A program made the position numbers and the translations under genes. The notes below the pieces were generated by a model. The model was given only the letters and a program-made list of their open reading frames with translations. It did no database searches and was not told where the DNA came from. This document shows positions 9,873-16,794 of a stretch of 21,470 nt of DNA, piece after piece. Positions within the stretch are counted from its first letter, which is position 1; each line of letters opens with the position of its first letter. This DNA comes from Caedimonas varicaedens. Lineage in GTDB: Bacteria; Pseudomonadota; Alphaproteobacteria; Caedimonadales; Caedimonadaceae. The stretch covers positions 1 to 21,470 of the forward strand of contig BBVC01000025.1 in assembly GCA_001192655.1 (NCBI GenBank), given 5' to 3'.

Positions 9873-10859
9873 ATGGAGGCAAACTTGGAAGCAAATAATG
9901 CTAAAAAGCTGGAGGCCATTGATCTTATTAAGCTCTATGGTCTTATTGAGTATCAATGGGATTTAAAGACTGATGTTATTGATTGGAGAGGCCCAATTAA
10001 TAAACTGCTCAGCCCGGAAACACCCCTAACATTAGGAAGCAGTTTTAATAATGCTTTGGATGCTGAAAATTTTTGGTTACGACTTTATACGCTGACGCAA
10101 GCTTCTCCCAAGAACTCAAAATTTAATATTCGCTATAATCTATCGTTGCCTAACTACAGTCGTTGCCCGGTAGAGGAAAAAGGAGAAATTCTTTATGATG
10201 AGCAAAATCAGCCTATTGGTATTCAGGGGGGGCTGAAGTTTCTAGATGAAGATCCCAATAGTACACTTCCTCAAAATCTGAGCGGATATGATCCGTTGAC
10301 CGGTTTTTCGGAAAAAGATGTCTTATTGGAAACGCTAGCTTCTCATCTTGAGCAATCTGAACAATCAGGTGTTCCCAGTGCTTATATCGCCGCAACAATT
10401 GACCGATTAACTCTTTTTGCCTGCACTTATGGATTAAAAGCGTCAGAATTACTGATCAAGGAAGCTGCAGAGGCCATTCGGGGTGCTATTCGTTTTAATG
10501 ATTTTATGGGACGAACCAGCGGATGTTGTTTTGGAATCATCTTGAAAGATTGTGATCGATGGGGAATTATTCGGGCGTCTGATCGTTTGATCTCAGCAGT
10601 TCAGAAAATGAAGCTCGTGATAAATGATGACCTTAACGTCGGTGCAACAATTTCTCTGGGGGGACTTGTCTTCCCTGGTGAAACCCTTGAGGCACAAAGA
10701 GTTATGCAGCGGGCGGAAAGATATCTCTTTGAAGCTCAGAATGTTAAGGGAAGTAACGTTGCCGGTATGCCTTATGGTGCAAAAACAATGCCAGAATTAA
10801 ATCGACCTGTGGAAGATATTCATGGTAAACGGCGCACACGGGATATCAAGTCTGTTTAA
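9873..10859 (+). CDS. PAS-like sensor domain plus degenerate GGDEF domain protein (catalytic motif lost, RxxD I-site retained)
   Basis: The C-terminal half has GGDEF-domain landmarks: DPLTGF (res 140-145), TIDRL...YG, then RFND-FMGRT-SGCCF-GIIL where active cyclases read RxxD-x5-GG[DE]EF-xxLL, and a late ISLGG...RAERYLFEAQ. The N-terminal part (IEYQWDLKTDVIDW...) looks PAS-like. Confidence 0.7.
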   Translation: MEANLEANNAKKLEAIDLIKLYGLIEYQWDLKTDVIDWRGPINKLLSPETPLTLGSSFNNALDAENFWLRLYTLTQASPKNSKFNIRYNLSLPNYSRCPVEEKGEILYDEQNQPIGIQGGLKFLDEDPNSTLPQNLSGYDPLTGFSEKDVLLETLASHLEQSEQSGVPSAYIAATIDRLTLFACTYGLKASELLIKEAAEAIRGAIRFNDFMGRTSGCCFGIILKDCDRWGIIRASDRLISAVQKMKLVINDDLNVGATISLGGLVFPGETLEAQRVMQRAERYLFEAQNVKGSNVAGMPYGAKTMPELNRPVEDIHGKRRTRDIKSV

Positions 10860-10912
10860 AACAAATGTATTAAACAGTGGGGTTTATAAAAGCTTTCCTG
10901 GCTCGATTATCT

Positions 10913-11323
10913 TTATTGACCGATTTCTGTAATATCTTTTATGCTGATCATATAGAAAATTTTGTTTTTCTTATCTTCCTCGTTGCTTCCAAAGGTCATG
11001 ACTGGCCCAATGGGTAATTCCGCTGGTGAATAAGATTTTAATACGTTGTTGATATATTTTTTATTTCGGGCAAAGACTTTAAAAGGATCGTTAAACTGTG
11101 GATCAGCCGATTCATAATAGCAATAACGGACATTATATGTTTTTCCATCAATCGTTATAATTTTTCCTACAATGCCTGGACGGACAACAGGGCTGGGTTT
11201 CAGATCCGCTAATTCAGGCAAGACATCAAGAAGTTGCTCTACAGAAACACCTGTGGCGTGCACTTGCATAGAAGAAATAGCAAATAAAAAAGAGAAGGCA
11301 CATAAACACCGTGATAATTTCAT
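10913..11323 (-). CDS. Small secreted/periplasmic protein of unknown function
   Basis: Starting at the internal ATG 11323 gives a canonical signal peptide, MKLSRCLCAFSFLFAISSMQVHA/TG. That ATG overlaps the stop of the upstream zf-CHCC gene as ATGA (11323-11320). The longer ORF-track form (to 11389) would overlap the upstream gene by about 70 nt and bury the signal peptide. Confidence 0.6.
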   Translation of the reverse strand: MKLSRCLCAFSFLFAISSMQVHATGVSVEQLLDVLPELADLKPSPVVRPGIVGKIITIDGKTYNVRYCYYESADPQFNDPFKVFARNKKYINNVLKSYSPAELPIGPVMTFGSNEEDKKNKIFYMISIKDITEIGQ

Positions 11324-11502
11324 AGAGACGGTTCTTTTTTTGCTGGCATTTTTTGTTTTAAAACAAAGTGGCGACTGCAATAAGGACATACTATTTCACC
11401 TTTTTTTTCAAGGTCAAGATAAACATGAGGATGCCCATCTGATTCGTTGCCGCCCTTACAAGAAGCGAAGAGAGTCTCGATATACACAACAGAGCCGTTC
11501 AT
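11320..11502 (-). CDS. zf-CHCC zinc-finger mini-protein (NDUFS6-like)
   Basis: It is 60 aa with the ligand pattern C15 / H24 / C39-x2-C42 in the context CKGG...GHPHVYLDL...VCPYCSRHF, typical of the alphaproteobacterial zinc-finger domain related to the mitochondrial complex I NDUFS6 subunit. A strong RBS (AGGGAGAG) lies 7 nt upstream of the ATG. Confidence 0.8.
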   Translation of the reverse strand: MNGSVVYIETLFASCKGGNESDGHPHVYLDLEKKGEIVCPYCSRHFVLKQKMPAKKEPSL

Positions 11503-11533
11503 TTTATTGCTCTCCCTTTCGACGATAAGATAA

Positions 11534-12868
11534 CTAATTTGAAGGAAAATTTAAAGCCTTTGTCTGCCAAAATTTAATTTTCCGGAAAATAAAAAGGGAT
11601 TCCTCTAAAGTGCGGGAAAGCCACCATACCAGGACAAGGACGGGGATATTGGAAAGAATGCTGAGAGCAAAAAAATGGCCCCATCCTATTTGTTCAATAA
11701 TCCAGCCCGAAGGAGCAGCGCACAAAACCCGCCCCAAGTGAACAATGGATGTAAAAAGTGCAAATTGGGTTGCTGCATAGGCGGGACTACATAAGGTCAT
11801 TTGATACGCAAAAAGCGCTGTGACGCGCATACCCCCTGTTATATCTTCCACAGCAACAGTAGCATAGAGGAGAGGGAGATTATATCCTGCATAAAACAGA
11901 ATCAAGTATCCAAACATACCAAGCCCATGGATGGCTCCCATATAAAAAAGACTTTTTATCATCCCATGACGGACAACAAGGACACCCCCTACAAATCCCC
12001 CAAGAATGGAAGCCCACATCCCAAAAATCTTAGAGGCATTGGCAATGTCTGTTTTGGAAAAACCAAGATCGAGATAGAATAAATTCTGCATATTGCCAAT
12101 CATGTTGTCACCAAGCTTGTAAAAGAACATGACTAAAAGCAAGAGAAGCCAGCTTTTTTGTCCCATATAATTTGTAAAAGGGCAGATTACGGCTTCATAA
12201 AGCCAACTTAAAAGATGGGCTTTCCGACGTTCAGTTTTTTTTATGAGGGGATGTGGTTCTTCACACAGCAAAGTTGTCACGATCCCAATGTTGATGGCCA
12301 TCGCCATGATGATGTATACAAGATTCCACGAGATAAATTCGGCAAGATAAAGCGCTCCTGCTCCGGCCAAAAGCAAACCCAGGCGATATCCAAAAATTCC
12401 GGCAGCTTCTCCTGCGCCATATTGAAATGATCTCAAACGCTCCGTCTGATAGGCGAGTGTTACAATATCCTGAGTAGCAGACGCAAAAGCAACGATAAAT
12501 GCCAATAAGGCAGTTATTCCAAGATTTTTCTCTGGTTTAACGATTCCCAAACAAAAAATACTGATGATCAAGATAACTTGACTTAGAAAAAGCCAGGCAC
12601 GTCGTCGCCCTAACCATCTGGTCAGGAAGGGTAGCTTAAGATGATCTACAAAAGGAGCCCATAAAAATTTGAGAGTGTAGGGCAGAGCAGTAAGCGCCAT
12701 ATAACCAATTTCAGAGTATTGAATGCCCCTCTGACTTAACCAGATATTGAGTGTAGAGGCCGTTAATAGAAGGGGAATTCCACAAGAAAAACCCATAAGA
12801 AAAATGACCGCAACCCGTCGATCCACATAAAGTTTTAATGTTTGATACCAAATATTTTCGGACTTCAA
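11534..12868 (-). CDS. ampG: AmpG-family muropeptide/MFS permease
   Basis: It is a multi-pass membrane protein of 444 aa. The N-terminal VIFLMGFSCGIPLLLTASTLNIWL matches the AmpG signature (LGFSSGLPLxLxGxTLxAW). The TTG start is preceded by GGGAG at 8 nt. Confidence 0.87.
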   Translation of the reverse strand: MKSENIWYQTLKLYVDRRVAVIFLMGFSCGIPLLLTASTLNIWLSQRGIQYSEIGYMALTALPYTLKFLWAPFVDHLKLPFLTRWLGRRRAWLFLSQVILIISIFCLGIVKPEKNLGITALLAFIVAFASATQDIVTLAYQTERLRSFQYGAGEAAGIFGYRLGLLLAGAGALYLAEFISWNLVYIIMAMAINIGIVTTLLCEEPHPLIKKTERRKAHLLSWLYEAVICPFTNYMGQKSWLLLLLVMFFYKLGDNMIGNMQNLFYLDLGFSKTDIANASKIFGMWASILGGFVGGVLVVRHGMIKSLFYMGAIHGLGMFGYLILFYAGYNLPLLYATVAVEDITGGMRVTALFAYQMTLCSPAYAATQFALFTSIVHLGRVLCAAPSGWIIEQIGWGHFFALSILSNIPVLVLVWWLSRTLEESLFIFRKIKFWQTKALNFPSN

Positions 12869-12932
12869 GTAGAAAACTCCCTACAATATTTTATGACGAA
12901 ACATAAAATCCCTTTGAAAGTCAATAGTATTT

Positions 12933-12956
12933 TAAATATAGATTCATCTATATTTA
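12933..12956. promoter_or_regulatory. Perfect 10-bp inverted repeat (TAAATATAGA-ttca-TCTATATTTA), candidate operator in the ampG / repeat-protein divergent intergenic region
   Basis: 12933-12942 and 12947-12956 are exact reverse complements separated by 4 nt. The site lies about 65 nt upstream of the ampG start and about 155-160 nt upstream of the repeat-protein start. Confidence 0.35.
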
Positions 12957-13109
12957 TTTTTGATATGAATAAAAAATACTTATTTAAAAAATATAAAATT
13001 TTTTTCATAAAGTAATAATTTATCAATATAATAAAAGTATCATATATATAAAGAGATTCGTATATCTTACGATCCCTTGGTGTGTTGGCATAGTTAAAAA
13101 TATAGGAGA

Positions 13110-13445
13110 ATGACGATGAAAATATTTCGAATGTTTGTGGCAGTGATAATTGGCTTAGGCTTGACAAGTGCTCCGATGGTTTTTGCCACAGCCGATAAAG
13201 AAGAGATGGCAACAAAAAAAATCGATGACAAAGATGTCATAAAAATGGATAAAGACGTCGTGAAAAAAGACGAAGAGATGGTAAAAGAAGATAAAGACGT
13301 CGTAAAAAAAGATGAAGACATGGTAAAAGAAGATAAAGACGTCGTGAAAAAAGACGAAGAGATGGTAAAAGAAGATAAAGACGTCGTAAAAAAAGATGAA
13401 GACATGATAAAAAAAGATGAAGGTATGATGAAGGAAGACAAATAA
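13110..13445 (+). CDS. Small secreted Lys/Asp/Glu/Met-rich tandem-repeat protein
   Basis: It has a signal peptide (MT)MKIFRMFVAVIIGLGLTSAPMVFA/TAD. The mature part is almost entirely 14-residue repeats DKDVVKKDE[ED]MVKE. An AGGAG RBS at 13104-13108 favours the second ATG (13116). A strong terminator follows. It is reminiscent of small signal-peptide proteins annotated as MXKDX pentapeptide-repeat proteins (from memory, unverified). Confidence 0.7.
   Translation: MTMKIFRMFVAVIIGLGLTSAPMVFATADKEEMATKKIDDKDVIKMDKDVVKKDEEMVKEDKDVVKKDEDMVKEDKDVVKKDEEMVKEDKDVVKKDEDMIKKDEGMMKEDK
13248..13415 (+). repeat. Four tandem in-frame 42-nt units (A-B-A-B), giving an 84-nt super-repeat
   Basis: Units are at 13248-13289, 13290-13331, 13332-13373 and 13374-13415. 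Units 1 and 3 are identical. Units 2 and 4 are identical for the first 33 nt. So 13248-13322 is repeated exactly at 13332-13406 (75 nt). Degenerate partial units flank the array. Confidence 0.95.
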
Positions 13446-13470
13446 GAATCTTCAGGAGATTGCATGATAA

Positions 13471-13497
13471 AGCGCCCTTGTGTAGGGCGCTTTTTTA
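13471..13497 (+). terminator. Rho-independent terminator downstream of the repeat-protein gene
   Basis: AGCGCCCT (13471-13478) pairs with AGGGCGCT (13484-13491) across the loop TGTGT. The GC-rich 8-bp stem runs directly into TTTTTT (13491-13496). Confidence 0.8.
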
Positions 13498-13560
13498 TTA
13501 ACTTTGTATATTTATCGTGATACGTTTAAGAAAATATTTTAGAATTACAGGGAAAACGAT

Positions 13561-13761
13561 ATGGCTGCCTATTATGATTCTGAGGGTGCGAATAAATGCT
13601 CTGTGATGTCAGAAGAGCAGGGAAAATTTTATGTTGATCTCAAGGAAAGGCGTACATATGGTGATCAACAATATAGTGCCTATACTGAGACTTTTAGCAG
13701 TTTGAATAGCCAATTTCAGGAAAAAGTTTCTCAGCACAGCACAAAATTCGCATCAGATTAA
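13561..13761 (+). CDS. Hypothetical small soluble protein (66 aa)
   Basis: The ATG is preceded by AGGGA about 8 nt upstream. It is the first ORF after the 13471-13497 terminator and ends 27 nt before the RDD gene. No recognisable motif, so coding status is uncertain. Confidence 0.35.
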   Translation: MAAYYDSEGANKCSVMSEEQGKFYVDLKERRTYGDQQYSAYTETFSSLNSQFQEKVSQHSTKFASD

Positions 13762-13788
13762 TCAGAACATTCAGGAAAGTCCGAGAGA

Positions 13789-14325
13789 ATGGCAAAAAAT
13801 AAGTTAGTTTCAGATGAAGTCTCTGTAAAAAAATGCTCTTATGCAGGATTCTGGATTCGTGCAGGCGCGGCAGTTATCGATTTTATTATTCTCATTTTCC
13901 TTGAAGGTCTCATGAAAAAGCTGTTTTTTTCTTTTCCCACATACATCAAAGTAAAGGGAGATATAGAAAATATGTTTTTTGATCCCTCGACATTCTTTGA
14001 ATGTGTTAAAAATGGCTCTTATGAAGTTTATTGTTATGGCTCTGTCTTTACGCCAGGCTGGGTGTCCTTTTTGTTGGCAGTTCTATATTATGCGGCTCAA
14101 CAATCTTCAAGGCTTCAAGCAACTCTCGGGATGCGTGCTTTTGGGTTGAAAATCATTGATGAGGAAGAACAACGTATTTCCTTTGTGCGTGCAGCCATTC
14201 GTTATGTGGCTTCTTTATTCTCTGCCATGATTTTGGGAATTGGATATCTCATGATTGCTTTTACGCCTCGCAAACAAGCCCTTCATGACATGATTACCTC
14301 GGTCTATGTGATTCGTACGGTTTAG
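13789..14325 (+). CDS. RDD-family membrane protein
   Basis: It has the N-terminal YAGFWIRAGAAVIDFIILIF and the C-terminal RKQALHDMITSVYVIR (the R...D...D landmarks of the RDD domain), with hydrophobic segments between them. Confidence 0.8.
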   Translation: MAKNKLVSDEVSVKKCSYAGFWIRAGAAVIDFIILIFLEGLMKKLFFSFPTYIKVKGDIENMFFDPSTFFECVKNGSYEVYCYGSVFTPGWVSFLLAVLYYAAQQSSRLQATLGMRAFGLKIIDEEEQRISFVRAAIRYVASLFSAMILGIGYLMIAFTPRKQALHDMITSVYVIRTV

Positions 14326-14336
14326 TGCAAACTATT

Positions 14337-15170
14337 TTAATGATGGATAAAGAGGGGAACCCGCGATTTTTTCAGCATCATTTTAGAGCACGATCCAAAA
14401 AAGACATCCCGAATCAAGGTATGTCCAAACGAACCCAAGACGATCATTTCAGCCTTGATTTTATCAGAAAATTCCAGCAGGCTCTCTCCTGTTGAATGAC
14501 TTTTTTTCAAAATTTTTCCTTCTGCCTTAACGCCATGAGATTCACATAATTTAAGAGCAAGAGATATCAGTTCTTTTCCTTCCTGGGGGTCGTCATTCAC
14601 ATTCACGATATGCAAATGTTTTCCTTTGCCCAAATTAAGCAATAGAAACATGTGAAGCGCGCGAGCAGATTGAATCTCTCCATCATAGGCGACAACAATG
14701 GTATTTGTTTTCTCAGGGATTGCAGGCACAACAATAAGAGGACGGGGATTGTCATGAGCGATGTGCTTGACAGTGCTATCTGAATGCCCATCCAGTTCAA
14801 AGTGAAAATCAGTAGTTTTTCCCAGAACGATAAGGTCTCCCTGATAGGAAGCCATTTCAATTTCGTTGGCAGGAAAACCTTCAATCTCCAGTGCCTGAAA
14901 GGAAACAGCTTCTTGCTTGCATACCGTTTTGAATTCTGCAAGTAATTCATCTATATGAGATTGAGTAGAACGCACAATCGCTTCATCTGCTTGAATTTTG
15001 AATGCAGATCCCCCCAGGGGTTCAGGTTGGGGAGCTGTTAGCCAAGGAGTGTCAAGGACGGCGACTCCCAACACTTCTGCCTTATATTGTTTTGCAAGAT
15101 CAAAGGTGTACGTGCGTGCTATCTTTCCCGCTGTTGAAGCGTCAAGAACGAGGACAATTCGCTTTAGCAT
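14337..15170 (-). CDS. Tandem universal stress protein (two UspA domains)
   Basis: It contains two Usp-like halves. The C-terminal half has MIVLGSFGHTLIRDVFFGSCS, which matches the ATP motif G-x2-G-x9-G-S. I prefer the start MLKRIVLVLD at 15170 because of a GGGAGA RBS 6 nt upstream, rather than 15206. Confidence 0.8.
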   Translation of the reverse strand: MLKRIVLVLDASTAGKIARTYTFDLAKQYKAEVLGVAVLDTPWLTAPQPEPLGGSAFKIQADEAIVRSTQSHIDELLAEFKTVCKQEAVSFQALEIEGFPANEIEMASYQGDLIVLGKTTDFHFELDGHSDSTVKHIAHDNPRPLIVVPAIPEKTNTIVVAYDGEIQSARALHMFLLLNLGKGKHLHIVNVNDDPQEGKELISLALKLCESHGVKAEGKILKKSHSTGESLLEFSDKIKAEMIVLGSFGHTLIRDVFFGSCSKMMLKKSRVPLFIHH

Positions 15171-15256
15171 ATTTTTCTCCCGAATTTTATAATTATTAGA
15201 ATACATTTTAAAGTGATTTACAATGACTTACTAGCAAAAAGAATTATATCTGAGAT

Positions 15257-16012
15257 TTAAAGAGTCCTGGTAGAGATCGCTGACTCATGAGCATATTTTA
15301 TCAGTTCTTCAAAGGCTTTTTCAACTTCACCTGCATTAAAACCCTTAAACACAAGCTTTACCCCCTGTTCTTCTTCTTGTTTCCATGAAGGATAGCTGCC
15401 AATCTCAACATCTGGATAGGCATTTTGAATACTTTCGAGCTTAATCGCAATTCGACTTTCAAAAATTTTACAGAAAACAATACGTGTAAAAAGGAGAGGG
15501 CCTTTTTGCAATTGGGGAACAAGGTTGTTGAACATTCCCTGCATAATGTCAGGAACGCCGGCAAGAACAAAAACGTTCTCCACCTGAAAGCCGGGGGCTG
15601 TGCTGATAGAGTTGGCGATAAGCGCTGCCCCTTCAGGCATGTCAGCCATTCGAAGACGTGGATCATCTTTAGAATTTATATCTGGATACACGGATATAAA
15701 CGCTGCTTCTACCTTTGGATTTCTCTCGATTTTCCGGTTAAAAGCTCTTGCAACAGCCCTTACCGTAATATCATCATGGGTAGGGCCGATACCGCCTGTT
15801 GTAAAAACGTAAGTATATTTCTGGCGCAGCGCGTTAAGGGCTTCAATAATCGCTTCTTCGTCGTCGGGAATAGTTCGATATTCTCGCAACGAAATACCTT
15901 GAACAGCAAGTCGCTGAGCCAAAAAATGAGCGTTTTGATCCTGTGTTTGACCTGAGAGGATTTCATTGCCGATAATAAGAAGGGCAGCAGTAGGAACGGT
16001 TTTAGGCAACAT
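15257..16012 (-). CDS. CinA-like molybdopterin-binding (MoCF-BD) domain protein
   Basis: LLIIGNEILSGQTQDQNAHFLAQRLAVQGI...VFTTGGIGPTHDDIT is the conserved CinA N-terminal / MoaB-MogA-like fold signature. At 251 aa it lacks the C-terminal PncC deamidase domain. Confidence 0.85.
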   Translation of the reverse strand: MLPKTVPTAALLIIGNEILSGQTQDQNAHFLAQRLAVQGISLREYRTIPDDEEAIIEALNALRQKYTYVFTTGGIGPTHDDITVRAVARAFNRKIERNPKVEAAFISVYPDINSKDDPRLRMADMPEGAALIANSISTAPGFQVENVFVLAGVPDIMQGMFNNLVPQLQKGPLLFTRIVFCKIFESRIAIKLESIQNAYPDVEIGSYPSWKQEEEQGVKLVFKGFNAGEVEKAFEELIKYAHESAISTRTL

Positions 16013-16085
16013 TTTTTAACACCCTATCTATATAAATTCCAAAATGATAAAAGAACTTTAATACTTATGCAAATTGAAGTTAATG

Positions 16086-16787
16086 ATGGAATTTGAAAGA
16101 CCTCTTTTATCGGGAAAATTCATTAAACGATACAAGCGCTTCCTTGTTGATCTTGAACTGGAAGATGGTCGTATTGTGACAGCTCATTGTGCCAATTCTG
16201 GTGCTATGTTGGGCTTGCTTGTGCCGGGTGCACCCGTATGGGTGAAATCTTTTCCTGATGAGAGTCCCCGTACTTTAAAATATAGTTGGGAAATTGTTGG
16301 GGTAGATAATACTCTGGTGGGTATTAATACGTCCTTGCCTAATCACCTGGTTGCTGAGGCTCTTGAAAAAAAGATGATTCCTGAACTGGCGGAGTTTCCT
16401 TTTTACAAGAGAGAAGTCAAATATAGTGAAAACTCCCGTATCGATTTTCTGCTGTTTAATGAACAAGGTGAACTTTGTTACCTCGAGATCAAAAATGTGC
16501 ATCTCAAGCGGGGACATGAAGCCCAATTCCCTGATTCTGTAACCACTCGTGGCGCCAAACATCTGAGAGATTTGATGGCCATGCGCAGAGAAAATCATCG
16601 TGCCGTGACGCTTTATATTATCCAGCGGTCAGACTGTCACTCCTTTTCCCTTGCCGAAGATTTGGATTTTCTTTACAGTCAGGCTGCCAGGGAAGCGCGT
16701 GCCTGTGGGGTTGAATTCCTGGCGTATGATTGCCATATAACACTGAAAGAGATCAAATTAAGACAAAGGGTCGATAGTCGATTTTAA
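16086..16787 (+). CDS. sfsA: Sugar fermentation stimulation protein A (SfsA nuclease-fold protein)
   Basis: MEFERPLLSGKFIKRYKRFLVDLELEDGRIVTAHCANSGAM parallels E. coli SfsA ([23 protein letters not shown]...). I prefer the ATG at 16086 (or 16083) to the TTG at 16074. Confidence 0.87.
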   Translation: MEFERPLLSGKFIKRYKRFLVDLELEDGRIVTAHCANSGAMLGLLVPGAPVWVKSFPDESPRTLKYSWEIVGVDNTLVGINTSLPNHLVAEALEKKMIPELAEFPFYKREVKYSENSRIDFLLFNEQGELCYLEIKNVHLKRGHEAQFPDSVTTRGAKHLRDLMAMRRENHRAVTLYIIQRSDCHSFSLAEDLDFLYSQAAREARACGVEFLAYDCHITLKEIKLRQRVDSRF

Positions 16788-16794
16788 TAAAGCA

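Noticed and set aside
11324-11389. A longer form of the secreted-protein ORF starting at 11389.
   Set aside because: It would overlap the zf-CHCC gene by about 70 nt and place 22 residues ahead of an otherwise canonical signal peptide. The ATGA-coupled ATG at 11323 is more parsimonious.
12865-13215. A 116-aa minus-strand ORF spans the AT-rich intergenic region.
   Set aside because: It is a low-complexity translation of AT-rich DNA rich in I, F, Y, K and N. It overlaps the start of the repeat-protein gene and the ampG start, and has no RBS or recognisable motif.
13248-13415. A regular 42-nt repeat array could be a CRISPR-like array.
   Set aside because: The units are directly abutting with no spacers. 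They are in frame, lie inside an ORF with a signal peptide and an RBS, and encode a coherent peptide repeat. No cas genes are present.
13094-13465. A 123-aa Ser/Phe/Thr-rich ORF lies on the minus strand.
   Set aside because: It is the antisense shadow of the repeat gene and stays open only because of the repeat composition. It has no signal for a start and runs across the plus-strand terminator.
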